Positions 12,901-27,596 of a stretch of DNA of 64,000 nt are shown piece after piece. The DNA lies in assembly GCF_009914755.1 (NCBI RefSeq), contig NC_060934.1. The stretch is one strand, 5' to 3'. This DNA comes from the human T2T-CHM13v2.0 reference genome, Homo sapiens. Within the stretch, counting starts at the first letter, position 1. The number at the start of each line of letters is the position of its first letter. A program made the translations under genes and the position numbers. The notes beneath the pieces were generated by a model. That model did no database searches. It was not told the origin of the DNA and saw nothing but the letters and a program-made list of their open reading frames with translations.

Positions 12901-15900
12901 TACTTTTAATATAACTTTGAAATGATACAAGGTCTAATATAAAATGGAAACTGTACTTCATAGAGATTTGCCAATTAGATAAATAAATAATGCAAGCATC
13001 AATTCACAGACATCTATATCAAAATATGAGTGCTATGTCCTATGCAGGATACAAAGGTGAAGAAGATACACAGGACTTCATAACTGGATGAGAGGAGAAA
13101 TAAATCTATACATTCTTGTAATTTATGCTGCCACATAACAGAGGCTCAAACAAGTTATAACAGAAATTGGTCTATGTATCTCCCCTTTTTCTGGCCACCA
13201 CAATCAACTTATGACTGACCTTTTCTTGGCTATTTTTTGCTTCTCTGACAGTATTTTCAGAGGCTTCTTTGTTTTGTGACAAACAAAAAGTTCTTTTATG
13301 ATTCTCAATTAACAAGTCTTGGAGTTATCTAATTCCCTTTTATCACAATATTCTAGAATAAATGCCATTTCTTTTCTTAATTATCAATGCAAAATGGTTA
13401 TTAAACATTGTATTTTTTTCCTTTTAGTTTACATTATTTATTTTTATAATTTCTTTATGCAACTGCATTTAGCCAGTAGGGTGTGGAGTTATCCTTGCCT
13501 CCTCTTTTCACTGTAATAACTCTGTGACACTCTTAATTGTGGATTGATTATGAAGTGATCATTCTCTAGAACAGCAGGATTCATGGTACAACAATATCAA
13601 GTTTAATGCATACAACATAAATAATGAGATAATAATGCAAAAAAAAGTATATGAGGTTTTTACTGTTTTCGTTTCCAATCTAATATGCCTTCTCCAGTAG
13701 GAAGAAAGGGGCAATGTTATAGCCAATCTTAGCTGAGACAGTCTGTGACCATCGCTGACATTCATTTACAATGTGTAACAAAATTTAGTAATGCCTATGT
13801 GTTTGCCTTGCTCATATGACTTTTATATATCATACGTGTGATGACAGAAGTTAGAGCTAAGAACAGCTTTTCTAACTGTTCCTTCTGATTGTAATTTTAA
13901 AATATAATTTATAATTAATTTCCAAAAGCTAATGCCTCTTAACCAAAATCGTCTTACCAATTATTTCTGGGTGGAAAATATCAGGTATATCCTGTTTATA
14001 ATGATAGGTCTTGAATTCTTCAGATTCTAACTGTTCTTTTTACTAACTGTTAGTTGAGTAAAAATTTGTCTCAAAATTGAAAGCTAAAGTAAAATATAGC
14101 ACAACCTGACAAAACTATGCAAGGCCATGCTTTTTATTCTTGTGTTTTAGTGGAGCAGTTTTAAGTATTAGAAATGTGGAGTAAAACATTTAAAAATGAA
14201 ATTACCGAAAAGGAAATGAACTAAGTGTTCAAAATTTATACTGTAATCATTTTAGACTTTAACAAATCTCTCATGATCTATGACTGATCCATGGTCATCA
14301 TATGGTGTACTTACTGGCTCATCAATAACCCTTTATTGTTATCAGTAGTATGAAATCGTAAGAAGTGTTTAACATTATTTGGTTTAGCTCCTATATTTCA
14401 GAAAAAAAGAAAAAAACACTTCAGTAACCTGAGGTGACACTGTTAATGCTTTTTTTCCAAAATAACTGTGTGATCTAGGGGTATCTTACTTTCTTCTGCC
14501 CACTATTGAATGCAGATGCAACAAAAGTGCAAAGATTATAGGAGGACCACAACCTGAATCTGGGAAAGAGAGCTGACTTGGTATTCTGGGTGAAAATATA
14601 ATCTATCCGCTTATTTTTCTTTGTGCCTTTCAAGAGAATTTTAGGTTCAATAGGCCAGTATGAACTGTTGCTCTCTCAGGATAATGCAGTTTTATTCTGC
14701 ATAGTGTTTATCAGACAACCAGAAAGAGAAAAATGTTTCTGATATAGTTATTACAAACACACAGATGGTGTAGACTGAAAGAAAATCAGAAGCAAGAAAA
14801 GAGGTTCAAAGTTAGATTTTTAATGGAAATAGTTGCAGCTATCCATAACGTTAGAATTCAAATGTCAGTATTATCTGACCTGGTGAGGTCCAGCTACCTA
14901 AATTAATGGCTTTTAATTACGTATTTTACTAAAGTTTTCTGGTATACATAGACCAAGCTATTACAGTTTGCTTTTTACCAATGCTTTAAATTAGTAAATC
15001 ATATTTATTAGATAAGTATTATACTTTTACAGATGTATATTAAAATAATTTCAAAGATACTGGAAAGCCAGAAAGAAGAATAATTTTATGCTTATCTTGA
15101 TCTCTTGGATCTGCAAAACAAGTCGGCCTCCAAAACTACTATAAATCCATTTTCTTTTTACATTTTACCTGGCTTTGTCAATGGGTGATTGTGATAGTTT
15201 CTAAAATTATAGTTATGTTTTATAATTTGGCTTCACATCAATCCATTCTCTATCCAGAAAGCTGGATGATCTGTTAAATATGCAACTCTAATTAAGACAT
15301 GCATCTGCATAAATCATGTCAATGGGCTTCCAGCTACAATTTAAATATCACCTTTCTCTGACATCTTATCAAAAGTTGATTTTTTATTAATATCTATGGT
15401 AGAATTCTACTCATTTATAGAATTTATTACAATTTAAAATTATATATCTTATTATATACATGTATGTATAGAAATATACATGTATAGGTGTTTCTTTAAA
15501 TATGCATTTGTTGCTACCACTAATCCAAACATACACAAAAGAGAAGGTAATTCATAAGAACCAAGTTCCTATCTCTTTCATTTACCAGCACTTTGTAAGG
15601 ACAAAATAACTCATTCACAGGTATATGCAAAATGGAACTATTTATCTATGAAATTAAGGAACTCTGAGTCAAAAGAAAATGCACCAAACTAGTAAATTCA
15701 AGCTTGTGTAACATCTTTCTTTCCCTATGTGAAATATGATGGCAACAACATAAATAATAAACACAGAATTTTTAAAGTATTCGTTGATTTTGCTTCTTCT
15801 AGTTTTGATCTTTCAAGAAACAGACATGTTTAATTTTTTAAATGGGTTAGCCTTCTATATAGAAATATAATGAACTTTGTTAAAATTAGTGCCATAATGC

Positions 15901-18149
15901 TTCATGCTAAGGCTTTACTAAGAACTATGGAGAACACTAGCTATAATCATTTTCTTCAAGGAGATTATAATCTAGTTAGGGTGATTGAGTATAACATTTT
16001 GTGACATGTTCAATTAATAATAGAAAAGCTTTTACAAAACTATACTGCATACAAATAATAACAAATGCACGGCTAAGCTGCAAAGACACACTTCAGGGAA
16101 CTATTTTGCACTATTTTAGTACAAATAAGTAATCTATTTTGGATGAGTAATTTTCCTCACTGCATTAAACAGATGTGTTTAAATCAGGCATTTAATTAAA
16201 ATTGAAAGGAAATGGGTAGTCATATTTTCCTAAACTATAGGCATAATTTGGTATCAAATATTTTTCTCTCAGGTTATAAAAGCTCTTAATTAAGTACAAG
16301 TGAATTAAGTGTAAAGCAGCACAGAAGAGTTTAATGCAAATTTTAGAAACATGTTAGTTGTTGTTCCAAGATCAGACTGTGCAATAGAGAAATGCTTTTT
16401 GCTTTTGTATTGCAGTCATATTTATTTTTAGCCACTTTTTATTCCATAACCTCTACCTGTCTCATGAATCTTAGTTTGCTATTTTGAGTTCATTTATTTA
16501 AAATGAAAAGAAACAATTTTAGAGCCAGCTGGATGATTCCATTACTGTCATTCTACTGCTACCATTTCTGTGTGCTTTTAGGAATAAAAAATTAAAGCCT
16601 TTTATGTAAATTAAAACCTAAAACATAAATTCCCAAGTTTTTTGATCCCACTATCTATAGAAAAGGAAAACCTTGAAGGATTTTTTTTAAAAATCAATAA
16701 AAAGTACATTCAACGTTCTCTTGTGACTTCATCTGTTCTTTCATAGTACCTATATTTTTTAAATTCTTCTTAAGACTCTCATTAATGCAGTTATAATTCA
16801 TTAATGTGACTAATATTTATTAGTTAGTAGAATTATGGTGACACCATGAAAATCTTTATGGTTCAATAGACAGAGCTTATGATTGGAGGAAGGAGATTTT
16901 GAATCTTGCTTTCAGTAATAATGTCACTACAGGTGAATAGGTGAATTATTGAAACTTTCTGTACCTTGACTGATGTAATCTCATGGGAAAACGGTATCTC
17001 CCTTTAAGCATAAAATAGCTAAATGTACAGAAAAGCAATTATAATGAAGTGAGTTTATGTTGCTGTTATTTTTTTCATCATCATTATCATTTCAAAAGAA
17101 CAAGAACAATCTTTAGATCCATATTTGGCAAGGATGAAGGGAAAAATCAAAAGTAATATGAGAAACTAATAAACCTCTATTCCAAACACAGTTGGAATTT
17201 TCTATAGTGATGTTTCTATTTCATCATTTTTTCAATAAGAAACTTGCATTAATGCACAGAATGTTCAATTTAGAATCAAATAGCCAAATTCCCATTTAAT
17301 TTTCTGAGTTATATATAACCCATATAGCTCTTATATTTCCTGGGTAGACAGCTCACAATACCAGACGACATGACAATTTTGCTAATTCCCAATTTTGTTG
17401 TTCACAAGCTAGATTTTCTCTATAAATCTGATTTGAGAAAAATTAATTTCTAAATGTTCTTTTAGCTCTAATTCTGTGAGGTTTCATTACTACTGTAAGA
17501 TGCATTTTATTTATATACAGACATAATTATTATGTAATATTATACACAATAATATATTATTGAAATATAATTTTCTTAGTGAAATACTAGAACAAATGAA
17601 TAGTAAGACATAATTTATGTCAATCAAGAAACAATGTACATGGAAATATTGAAGGACACAGAGCATGCTACTTCAGATTGCATTAAAGACAACCAGAAAA
17701 GTTTTTAGAATAAAAGAAAAAGGATTGTATTCAACAGATTTTTTTTATTAAAAGAAAAAATATCAGTGAATAAAAAATATTGAAGAAAAATAATATGGGG
17801 TTAACACTGGAAATCAGATCCATGAAAGCAAATTTCAAGAGAAAGCTTTATTAAAAATAGAACATAAAAAGTCAAGAGAAGCATATTCTTGCTACTTAAA
17901 AATGTGACCTTTTTGCATAACTCAAAGTTCAAGTTTGTGTTTAGAAAAGGCTTCTGCAGCCCCTGACAACATCTATGTCAATTTATATAGACATATGAGA
18001 ATATACAAAACTTCATGGATTTAATTAGGGAGAGTTCTAGAAGTAGATAGACTCAGAGTTTATCACTAAAAACAATTTGAAGAAACCTCAAACAATTCCC
18101 ATGTCTACTAAGGGAGAAAAAAATGAGAGGTATTTATAGGTAACTACCG

Positions 18150-19235
18150 TCTCTTTTCTGTGCTGCTACACAGCCTCCAACATGGTCTTTGCCATGTTAA
18201 TTTTTCTAAAATATAAATTAAATTGTATTACTTCCCTTTTTAAAATCATTCATTAGTTTCCCCCATCCTCAAGGACAAAGGCCACTTTCTGTTCATGACT
18301 TACAAGGCTTTGCAAAATATGGCTTTTGTTTATATCTGTAATCTTACCTTATCCCATTCTTTTCTTCATTCAATATATTTCAACCACATGATCCTAAAAT
18401 GTGCCAACCTAATTCAGTTGACATTATTTAACACCTGCTATTCCCTCTGAGGGTGTGTTCTCTGAATCACTCTCACTGTGAAAGATGCTCATCCTCTCTA
18501 GATCTGAGCTTAAATCTACCTTGTAAGGTATTTCTTTAAGTATCTCACTTTTAACTGGATCAGTTGAATTTACTTCATAGCCACCCAATGATGTTTTGAA
18601 ACAATAACCATTTTGTTGCTCATTTTTCTTTGTGAATAATATTGTCTGTACTAAGCAAGGCAACTCTCCTGGTATCTGAGGGATCGATCATTCATTCAGC
18701 TCCTGTCAACTGCATGTCATTGGCAGCTCGCTTCTCGAGAGTAGCTTCAATTAGGAAGACCAATCTCTGGTCCATGCAGTTTCTCACATTCTAGAATGCT
18801 AAGCCAATTTGTTCACATAGTCAAAAGGCAATGGGGAGAGAGAGATCTTAATGCTCACAGCAGTCACACTATCACTTCTAATGCAGTTTTCAGGTCAATA
18901 CAAGTCACTACAAAGCCCAGAATCAAGGGAAGAAGATACAGACTGCAGTGTTTGATGAGAAAAGCTGCAGTCGCATTACAAAAGATGCAGAAACAGAAAG
19001 GATGGAGAATCGTGGCCATTTCTGCGGTTCACTACACAGACTTATTGGTAGGAGAGCACCCTGTTTATTTCCTTTATACCACATGCGAAATGTGCTTCAC
19101 CAGTTTGATGTTTGCTGGATTTGTTTGTTACTCCCTCTAGACTATAAACAGAACAGAGACTTTTTTTTTTTAACATAGTATTGCCATGGTCTGACATTAC
19201 ACTTTGCACTTGGTAGGCACTTAATGAATATTTTA
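18150..19235 (+). mobile_element. L2 3' fragment interrupted by an old MLT1-type LTR (~18670-19040, minus)
   Basis: L2 motifs (catgacttacaaggctttgca; 3' end ggtaggcacttaatgaatattt); MLT1 motifs (aagcccagaatcaagggga, gtggccatttctgc). Confidence 0.6.
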
Positions 19236-19580
19236 AAATAAAAATTTTAAAAAGCAAAATAAGAAAACTCTATAGGAATAATTTTCCTTACAGTTTTACA
19301 AACATGAAGGTTCTTGTTAAGGCTCATATATCTGTCATCTATTCACAATCCCAATAACTAGCAATAACATTAAAATGCATAACAGTAATTTAAAAGTTAT
19401 ATCAGAGAAACTGGACAAAAACCTAGCTTAACTGGAATGTATTGCTTTATTAATAGGAAGGAGATAACATACATTTGCTCTGTGCACTCAATATGTCTGT
19501 CACTACGCTGATAATTTTGTTCACACCATCACTGGTCTGCAGAACTAATGAGAGAACAGAAGAAAGGTGACCGTTTCATG

Positions 19581-19623
19581 AGTCAGAGACCTCATGGAGA
19601 GAGACAGCATGAGGTCTCTGACT
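19581..19623. repeat. Perfect 16-bp inverted repeat with 11-nt spacer
   Basis: agtcagagacctcatg-gagagagacag-catgaggtctctgact. Confidence 0.95.
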
Positions 19624-19883
19624 TAGAGATGGATGCTTGGATTATCTGGCAGGAATCCGTGGAAAGCTAGCACATGTAAGGTGAAAGGAGTTACATAAAC
19701 AATGAATGCTAGTATAGGATTACCATAGACTTCAAGAAAATACAACCATGTTATGAATATAGATATTTTTCATAAGGAATTTGCCTTCATATAACTCCAG
19801 AATTTTAGTCTTCCCAAATACAGAAACATTCAAAATAGAATAGTTTTCAGATTTTGGTATTTAAGAATGCTGTATCCGGTTGA

Positions 19884-20188
<305 letters not shown>

Positions 20189-20323
20189 CATGAATTCAAT
20201 TTTAAGAAGAACTATGGTATTAGAAAGGACTAAAATTTAAATACTATGATCTTTTCTGCACAGTACTTATTCCCTGAATCAGAAGAACAAAAACTTACTT
20301 TAATATTGGTTATGCTGACATAT

Positions 20324-21653
20324 TGAGAGGTGACAGCATGCTGGCAGTCCTCACAGCCCTCGCTTGCTCTCGGCGCCTCCCCTGCCTGGGCTCCCACTTA
20401 GGCGACTTGAGGAGCCCTTCAGCCCGCCGCTGCACTGTGGGAGACCCTTCCTGGGCTGGCCAAGGCCGGAGCCGGCTCCCTCAGCTTGCTGGGAGGTGTG
20501 GAGGGAGAGGCGCGGGAGGGAACTGGGTCTGCACGCGGTGCTTGCGGGCCAGCGCAAGTTCCAGGTGGGCGTGGGCTGGGCGGACCCCGCACTCTGAGCG
20601 GCCAGCCGGCCCCACCGGCCCCAGGCACTGAGGGGCTTAGCACCTGGGCCAGCAGCTGCTGTGCTCAATTTCTCGCCAGCCCTTAGCTGCCTTCCCGCGG
20701 GGCAGGGCTTGGGACCTGCAGCCCGCCATGCCTGAGCCTCCTCCTCTCCGTGGGCTCCTGTGCCGCCGGAGCCTCCGGGATGAGCGCCGCCTCTTGCTCC
20801 ACGGCGCCCAGTCCCATCCACCACCCAAGGGCTAAGGAGTGCAGGCACACGGCGCGGGACTGGCAGGCAGCTCCACCTGCAGCCCCTGGGCGGGATCCAC
20901 TGGGTGAAGCCAGCTGGGCTCCTGAGTCTGGTGGGGACGTGGAGAACCTTTATGTCTAGCTAAGGGATTGTAAAAACACCAATCGGCACTCTGTATCTAG
21001 CTTAAGGTTTGTAAACACACCATTCAGCACCCTGTGTCTAGGTCAGGGTTTGTGAATGCACCAATGGACACTCTGTATCTAGCTAATCTGGTGGGGACTT
21101 GGAGAACCTTTGTGTCTAGCTCAGGGATTGTAAATGCACCAATCAGCACCCTGTCAAAACAGACCACTGGGCTCTACCAATCAGCAGGATGTGGGTGGGG
21201 CCAGATAAGAGAATAAAAGCAGGCTGCCGGAGCCAGCAGTGGCAACCCCCTCCGGTCCCCTCCCACAGTGTGGAAGCCTTATTCTTTATCTCTTTCCAAT
21301 AAATCTTGCTGCTGTTCTCTCTGTGGGTCCACATTGCTTTTATAAGCTGTAACACTCACGGCAAAGGTTTGCAGCTTCAGTCCTGAAGTCAGCGAGACCA
21401 CAAACGCACCGGGAGGATCCAGCAACTCCAGACGTGCCGCCTTAAGAGCTGTAACACTCACCGCGAAGGTCTGCAGCTTCACTCCGGAGCCAGCGAGACC
21501 ACAAACCCACCATAAGGAAGAAACTCCCAACATTATAAGGAATGAACTCCGGACACACCGCCTTTAAGAACTGTAACACTCACCGCCAGAGTCCACGTCT
21601 TCGTCTTCATTTTTGAAGTCAGTGAGACCAAGAACCCACCACTTCCGGACATC
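20324..21653 (+). mobile_element. Solo LTR12C (ERV9 LTR)
   Basis: Starts tgagaggtgacagcatgctggcagtcctcacagccctcgc; tandem tgtatctagct/CCAAT repeats; U5 repeats ctgtaacactcac; ends gagaccaagaacccaccacttccggac; near-TSD atat/gtat. Confidence 0.96.
20940..21240 (+). promoter_or_regulatory. LTR12C enhancer/promoter: repeated CCAAT (NF-Y) boxes, GATA site, AATAAA TATA-like box
   Basis: CCAAT at 20979, 21061, 21139, 21177; agataag 21203; aataaa 21212; CpG-rich U3 upstream. Confidence 0.7.
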
Positions 21654-22094
21654 GTATAGCCTGAAAATAGAAAAAAATCATAAAAAATTACTTTGTTTAA
21701 ACTAATGAGACCAAAGTACAATAAAGCTAAGGAAACTTTTTCTCATAAAAAATAAAATAATCACTATAATACTAATATTGTATTTGTGAAGCACTGTGTA
21801 AAATCTCTTCGGCCAACGAAGCACAGGATTAGGATTAAAGAGATTAAATACCATGCATAAAGACTGCTGGTGTTAGGTACAAATAAACGCAAGACTCCTA
21901 ATTTATGATCCAATGTCTTCTGCTTTGTGATGAAATATAGCAATAAATTTACAAAGAAATAAATAAGGGCCATAGCGTTGGTTGACACGATGCTAAATAA
22001 ATTGCAGGATCCTTGAAAGTGTATTAGATTTCTATTTAGTCAATATTTTCTTATACATACACAAAGCAAACTGTCCACAATTTAAAAGTTAAAA

Positions 22095-22456
22095 TATAAT
22101 TTCAAATAAATTTGTGTTCACCCAAAATTCATAGGCTAAAGTTCTAACAATTGGTACCTCACAAAGCGACTGGACTTAGAGATACATAATTAGAAAAGGG
22201 GCTTTGAAATGGTCATATGAGTGGGCCCTAGTGAACTCTTACCAGTGTCCTTGTAACTCAGAGATACCAGGGATGTGTACACAGAATGACGAAGACACAG
22301 TAAGAAGGTGACTATCTGAAAGCCAAGGATAGAAGCCTCAGGAGAAACCAAATCTGCTCACACCTTGATAGTGAACTTCGGTCTCCAGAATTATGAGAAA
22401 ATCAGTATTTGTTAAGTCATCTAGTCTATGGTACGTAGACCTAGCAAACTAATGTA
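22095..22456 (+). mobile_element. MaLR solo LTR (MLT1A/B-like)
   Basis: cccaaaattcata...aagccaaggatagaagcctcaggagaaaccaaatctgctcacaccttgat...ctagcaaactaat. Confidence 0.8.
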
Positions 22457-23592
22457 TCCACCTAAAAGGGAAATATCTCTAAGACCAGGCAGAAGGTAAG
22501 CGGCCTCCATTATAGAAACAGCAATGATAATTGGCTATGTGTCTTAGGGCTGACAGAATGTGTAAAGTGACCAGCCTCCCTGGAATTCACTTCTCTGTTG
22601 GCACTTCTCTGCAATAACCAATCAGAGAGTTATCTATGCTGCTTTTACTCAGAATATCCTTTCTATATGATGACAGGTCTTTTAAAAAAATAAAAAGAAA
22701 ACAAAAAACAGAGCTTGGATCTGACCTCTTGTGTTACAAAATGCATGGACTTCTCCCTAATTTTTTTGTGTCCCTTGCCCTCTGCCCAGACTCATGATAC
22801 CAAGCTGACTTCCCATTCCTTGTTCTCTCTGGCATGCACTATTTGGCAATTGTCCAAAACCTTGGTTGTAGTCATTAAATTTGATCACTGGCATATCAAA
22901 GGGCCCATTAAAGGTGTAAGAGACTATGCAGCAACTTATGAGTTTTTCAATACACAATTCTATTATTGGGGACTGGCAGAAATCCAGGTTAAAATTGGTA
23001 TTTTTGCCTACGTATAATATACAGTGAAAAGCTCAAGTTTCTCGTTGCCGCAGCATCTGCTCCTGGGAAATTTAAGAGGCCAAAAAGTGGAAAATCAAGT
23101 CAGGGCTATAGCTTGGATTTCAGGATAAATAAGGAATTGGTAAGCCATTCATGTTGCTTTTAGATATAAATAATTTTAGGCCAAAGGAATGGAGAGAAAA
23201 ATCAATAGATATTTTATTCTTCTTTCACTCTGCAATGCTTCTCTTTCATCCTATAGGAGGCAGAGAGATGGCGACATTGATGAATATTTTTATGTTTTGA
23301 TTTATATCTTAAGAGATCCCTTGGTATTTCAAGAGATATGTAGTATACTTACTGTTGTCAAGACACGTACTTCCCATTATATACCCCAGGAAAAGAAAAA
23401 GTAAGTTCAACTGGCAATTTGAAAGATACATTGTGAGTGTCTCTCACAAACACTGAAGACACATTTGAGTCTCTGATGTGCAATTTTTATAAAATGCTAC
23501 CTTTGTGCGTAAAATAACTTTTTTTTTCCTGCAACTGTGGTAAGATTTCTGATCTGTATATAAACTAAGAGAACCATTGAAAGTGCCTGGGC

Positions 23593-23887
23593 ATCATTCT
23601 AAGCAGACTATCACAAGGACAGAAAACCAAATACCACATGTTTTCACTGAAAGGTGGGAGTTGAACAATGAAAACACATGGACACAGGGTGGGGGACATC
23701 ACACACTGGGGCCTGTCAGGGGCTGGGGGACTGGGGGAGGGATAGCATTAGGAGAAATACCTGATGTAAATGACGAGTTAATGGGTGCGGCAAACCAACA
23801 TGGCACATGTATACCTACATAGCAAACCTGCACGTTGTCCACATGTACCCTAGAACTTAAAGTATAATAAAAAATAAAATAAAAAAT
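23593..23887 (+). mobile_element. 5'-truncated L1PA (about L1PA5-7) 3' end
   Basis: L1 3' UTR plus A-rich tail; perfect 13-bp TSD aaagtgcctgggc at 23580-23592 and 23888-23900. Confidence 0.95.
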
Positions 23888-24074
23888 AAAGTGCCTGGGC
23901 TCCCCCTAATGATCGTGGAACCAAAACGGACTAATTTTGCTTATACAGGATGCATTTCTTTATAGCTTTGGCAAATGACCTTAAACATGATCATTTACTT
24001 ATGCCTCTCCTTTGTGCAAAATGTTCAAATTCCCCAGTGGCCTAAGTTCTGAGTATTCCATGGGGATGTAAGTT

Positions 24075-24480
24075 GCAGTGTGTCTGAACTGAATTCCTCC
24101 TGTTGCCATTTCTCTAAACCTGCTTCTCTGCTTACATTCCGTCTCTTGGTGGATTCTACTCAGTCATCAAAGCTGGCAGCTGGAAAGCCATCCTACCAGT
24201 GTTCTTCCCCGTGTCACTCACCATATTAAGTTGCAGATTCTTTTACTACCTCATTATAAACTTTGGTACTGCTATCCTAAGTGAGCATCATCAGCATAAT
24301 TGATCTCTACAATTATAAAGTCCTCCTTGCTGTGTTTGCTCTAACATTCCCCACATCCTTTTCACTACTGTCTTGTGTTATGGGCATTTATCTCCTCTTC
24401 AGATCTCTTCATGTTAGTACTCACAGAAAAAATGTTTGATATCTCCCTTTTGCCTATGTTTAAAATTATTAATGTGGACA
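24075..24480 (+). mobile_element. L2 fragment
   Basis: tgtctgaactgaattcctc...aaacctgcttctc...actcagtcatcaaagctgg L2-like motifs. Confidence 0.5.
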
Positions 24481-25899
24481 ATCCTAATCTGTTCTAAAGC
24501 TATTTTCCTGATTACCACTGAAGTAAAGATACTGGATCATCCAACAGCTTAATGGAATACTAGGAAATTATCTTCACTGAGTCATAATTTTTGGTCTTTC
24601 AAAAAACACTCAAATTTTTCTGATACTGAACAAATGAGTGAAACCTATTGGGTTCAGAAAGAGATGAGATAATATATGCTTTTAGATCAATTTAGCAATT
24701 TTAAATCAAATTTTAGCAACATTTCCCCTATGGTTAGTTTCTTGCATGGTCTTATTCATTCCAATGCAGGACCTGAGTTACTCCCCTTCAACATTTGTTA
24801 ATTTCTATAACTTATAACTGTTGGAGTCAGGTTGATTTGTACATTTTAATATGACATTGACAATATGTGTTAATCTGTCACACTTCCCTATAAGGATCCA
24901 AAAGTGCCAAAACCCTGCTTCACTGTCCTAAACCCATTCATTCCACATCTCGTGATATACACATATAGATTAAATAATAAAATCTTTTACACCACTCAAA
25001 GGCTGTGCGTATATACTGGAAAAACATCTGCATGCTTTATAAAGCACTACATACCCTCAGAATCTGAACAATGCAGTGATAATCTCTAATTACTTTGCTT
25101 TGTGGATATTTTCTTGCATTTCTCTCAGGTGATAATCCATAGGTTTTACTTACATACAACTATTAAGAATGCTTCATCTTAAGCAATCAAGAAGAAAGCT
25201 GATTTACCTAAAAGTGATATTCTTAAGCTCAAACTATATTTTGACATTATTATTTTAAAATATAGTAAAAATATACTAATTACCCCTTAAATACACACAT
25301 GTACAGAAACATATACATCACTAGTAAATGTGTTATGCTCTTAATTTTTTTTCTGTGGAAATAGATTGTGAAAAGTGGCATGGGGAAATCTAAGAAGAAT
25401 CATGAACACCCTAAAAATAAGAAAATAAGACAAATAATTTCTGATATAAGACTGTAAATAAAAGGAGTCTCTGAAGAATCATAGAAGTTTGGGCAAAGAA
25501 AAGTTTTATAAAATCAAAAGTATTAAAGTGTTAACATTCATGGATATTATTTACCTCTTGGTATTCTAAGGATACTTATGGCATAGGCTATATGTTTTCT
25601 CCCTTTTGCGTCGATTATGCAGTTTTTTTCAATTCTATCATACTTGGGCTTGGGGAAAACATGGAAGGAGATTTAGAGGGAAATGAGAACTCAACCAAGT
25701 AAACCTTCATGGTCTACTTGAAGGTTTACTTGGTTGGCTAAGGCAGATTGTAGAGAGACTTTCCAACAGTCTGGAGGAAAAGGCTCTGGTAGGCAGTTGA
25801 ACAGTTTTATGCAACTGTATATTAAGGAACTCAATGGTTTGAAGTTTGATTAATCAGGGCAAATTTTGTTTTTTTATGTAAGCGTTTTTAGACTTTTAT

Positions 25900-26290
25900 C
25901 TTTCCATCATTCTTTTGCTCCATCTCTCTGCCTTTCATTTCTTTGTTCCCTTTTCCTCTCTTCCATGCCTCCTCTCTCCCTCCCCTGCTTCTCTCTCTTC
26001 CTTCTCTCTCTTCATCTCTTTCTCCTCTCCTTCTTCCTCCTCCTTTTTTTACTCTTGTTCTTATTGTAGTTCATGTTCTTCTTATTGTTTCAGCCTCATT
26101 CTCGTCCTTCTTCTCCTCCTTCTATCCCACTCCTGGTTCTTTCTGTTCCTCCTCCTCATCCTCCTCCCACTCCTGTTCTTCTTCTTCTTCCTCCTCCTCT
26201 TCTTCTTCCTTCTCCTCCTCTTCCTTCTTTTTTTCTCCTCCTTCCTCTCCCTCTCTCTCCCCTTACCTTTCTTTGTTCCTTCTATTTCCA
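25900..26290. repeat. Pyrimidine-rich low-complexity tract ((TC)n/(TCC)n/(TTC)n)
   Basis: Almost purine-free plus strand; explains the L/F/S- and K/R-rich ORFs here. Confidence 0.92.
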
Positions 26291-27596
26291 TGTGTTGTAG
26301 ATTTCACAGGATAATTAGACTAATAATTGTACTCCAGTTATTTGGGTGAGATTTTGATCTCCTGGATTTATTCTCAGAAAACATAACACTGCATTTAGCC
26401 ATATAAGCTATGTTTACTTCAAAAGGTACTTTTTCTCTAGCCAGGTATGGTTGTCTGTAATTTAAAAAAAAAAAAAAGGCATCTGAGGAAAAGATGATGA
26501 TAGATGTTACTTCTTTCTTTCAAGGCCCTCATGCAATATAAAACAGCAAAAAAAGTTGGAGATTTTTATAAGATGGAAGTCTACTCAATCATACTAAAAA
26601 AATTGTCTATGTATTACTTAGCAAAACTTAATTTGTAAATCACTGTATCTGTGTCATTGCCAATATATAGTTAATTAGAACATATAGCATCAGAAGAAAA
26701 GAAAATGTCTTCAAACTTTGAAAAACATCATTGCTCAAAACAGTAAAAGAAAATTTTACCCTTGAGTTTGTATCTAATTTTGCAATCAGCATAATTTGAT
26801 GTTCGAAATAAAATTAAAATAGTTATTAATAGAACATAGAAATCAAGAAGTGCTAACTGTACCAGGGCGTCAAGATAAGTTAGCTTTCATCTTTAGTCTC
26901 CGAAAAAAAAAAAAGCCAGAAAAAAAACCTTTTACATTCTCTTGACTATTTTTCTCCTTATGTTAAAAATGGATATTTTGGGTTAGACTAATTTTTCTCT
27001 TGCATGTAAACAAAAGTGGTATTTGTTTAGAAATAACTAACTAGAATATGGAATTGGCCTGGAATGTTTCACAGTCTCAAAAACCATAGTTGATTGAATG
27101 ACTGAAGCTTTATTTTAAATGTAAGTGGGAGACTTAAATGAATGCTTTTTAATTCCCTGAACTTAAAGAGAAGGGATTTACCCCAGTGCACCATTCTTTC
27201 TTTTTAAAATGAGAAACTGCTTTAATAGAGTCTAGAGTCTGTGTTCTGAGGCTGGAACAACTCTAAGATTTGACATTTTTAGTATGATAAACACTTTAGA
27301 GTTCTGACCGTTTTGGAATCTCCAAAGGAGTGATTAACTGTGAAGAAAGTAATCATGGATGAATAATTTAAGTGGTCTCATGTTAGTTTGAGTTTAATGA
27401 TGTTCAAGATTTCAATTGCTTATGGAGTTCAAATTGCCTTTTGCTTTTTTCCTCTTTCATATAATTATTGGAAATTAAGTATATATATAAATATTTCATA
27501 GTTCATTCTTTTTTAATAGGCATCTAAGAATTATTTTGAATATGACATATGTCTAATCAGGACACTTACACGTGCTTTTTAGTTAATTTTAAATTA

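Noticed and set aside
20323-21721. Dense overlapping GC-rich ORFs and CpG-island appearance
   Set aside because: Entirely within LTR12C; not a host gene promoter or CDS
25866-26349. Hydrophobic and K/R-rich ORFs
   Set aside because: Translations of the low-complexity tract
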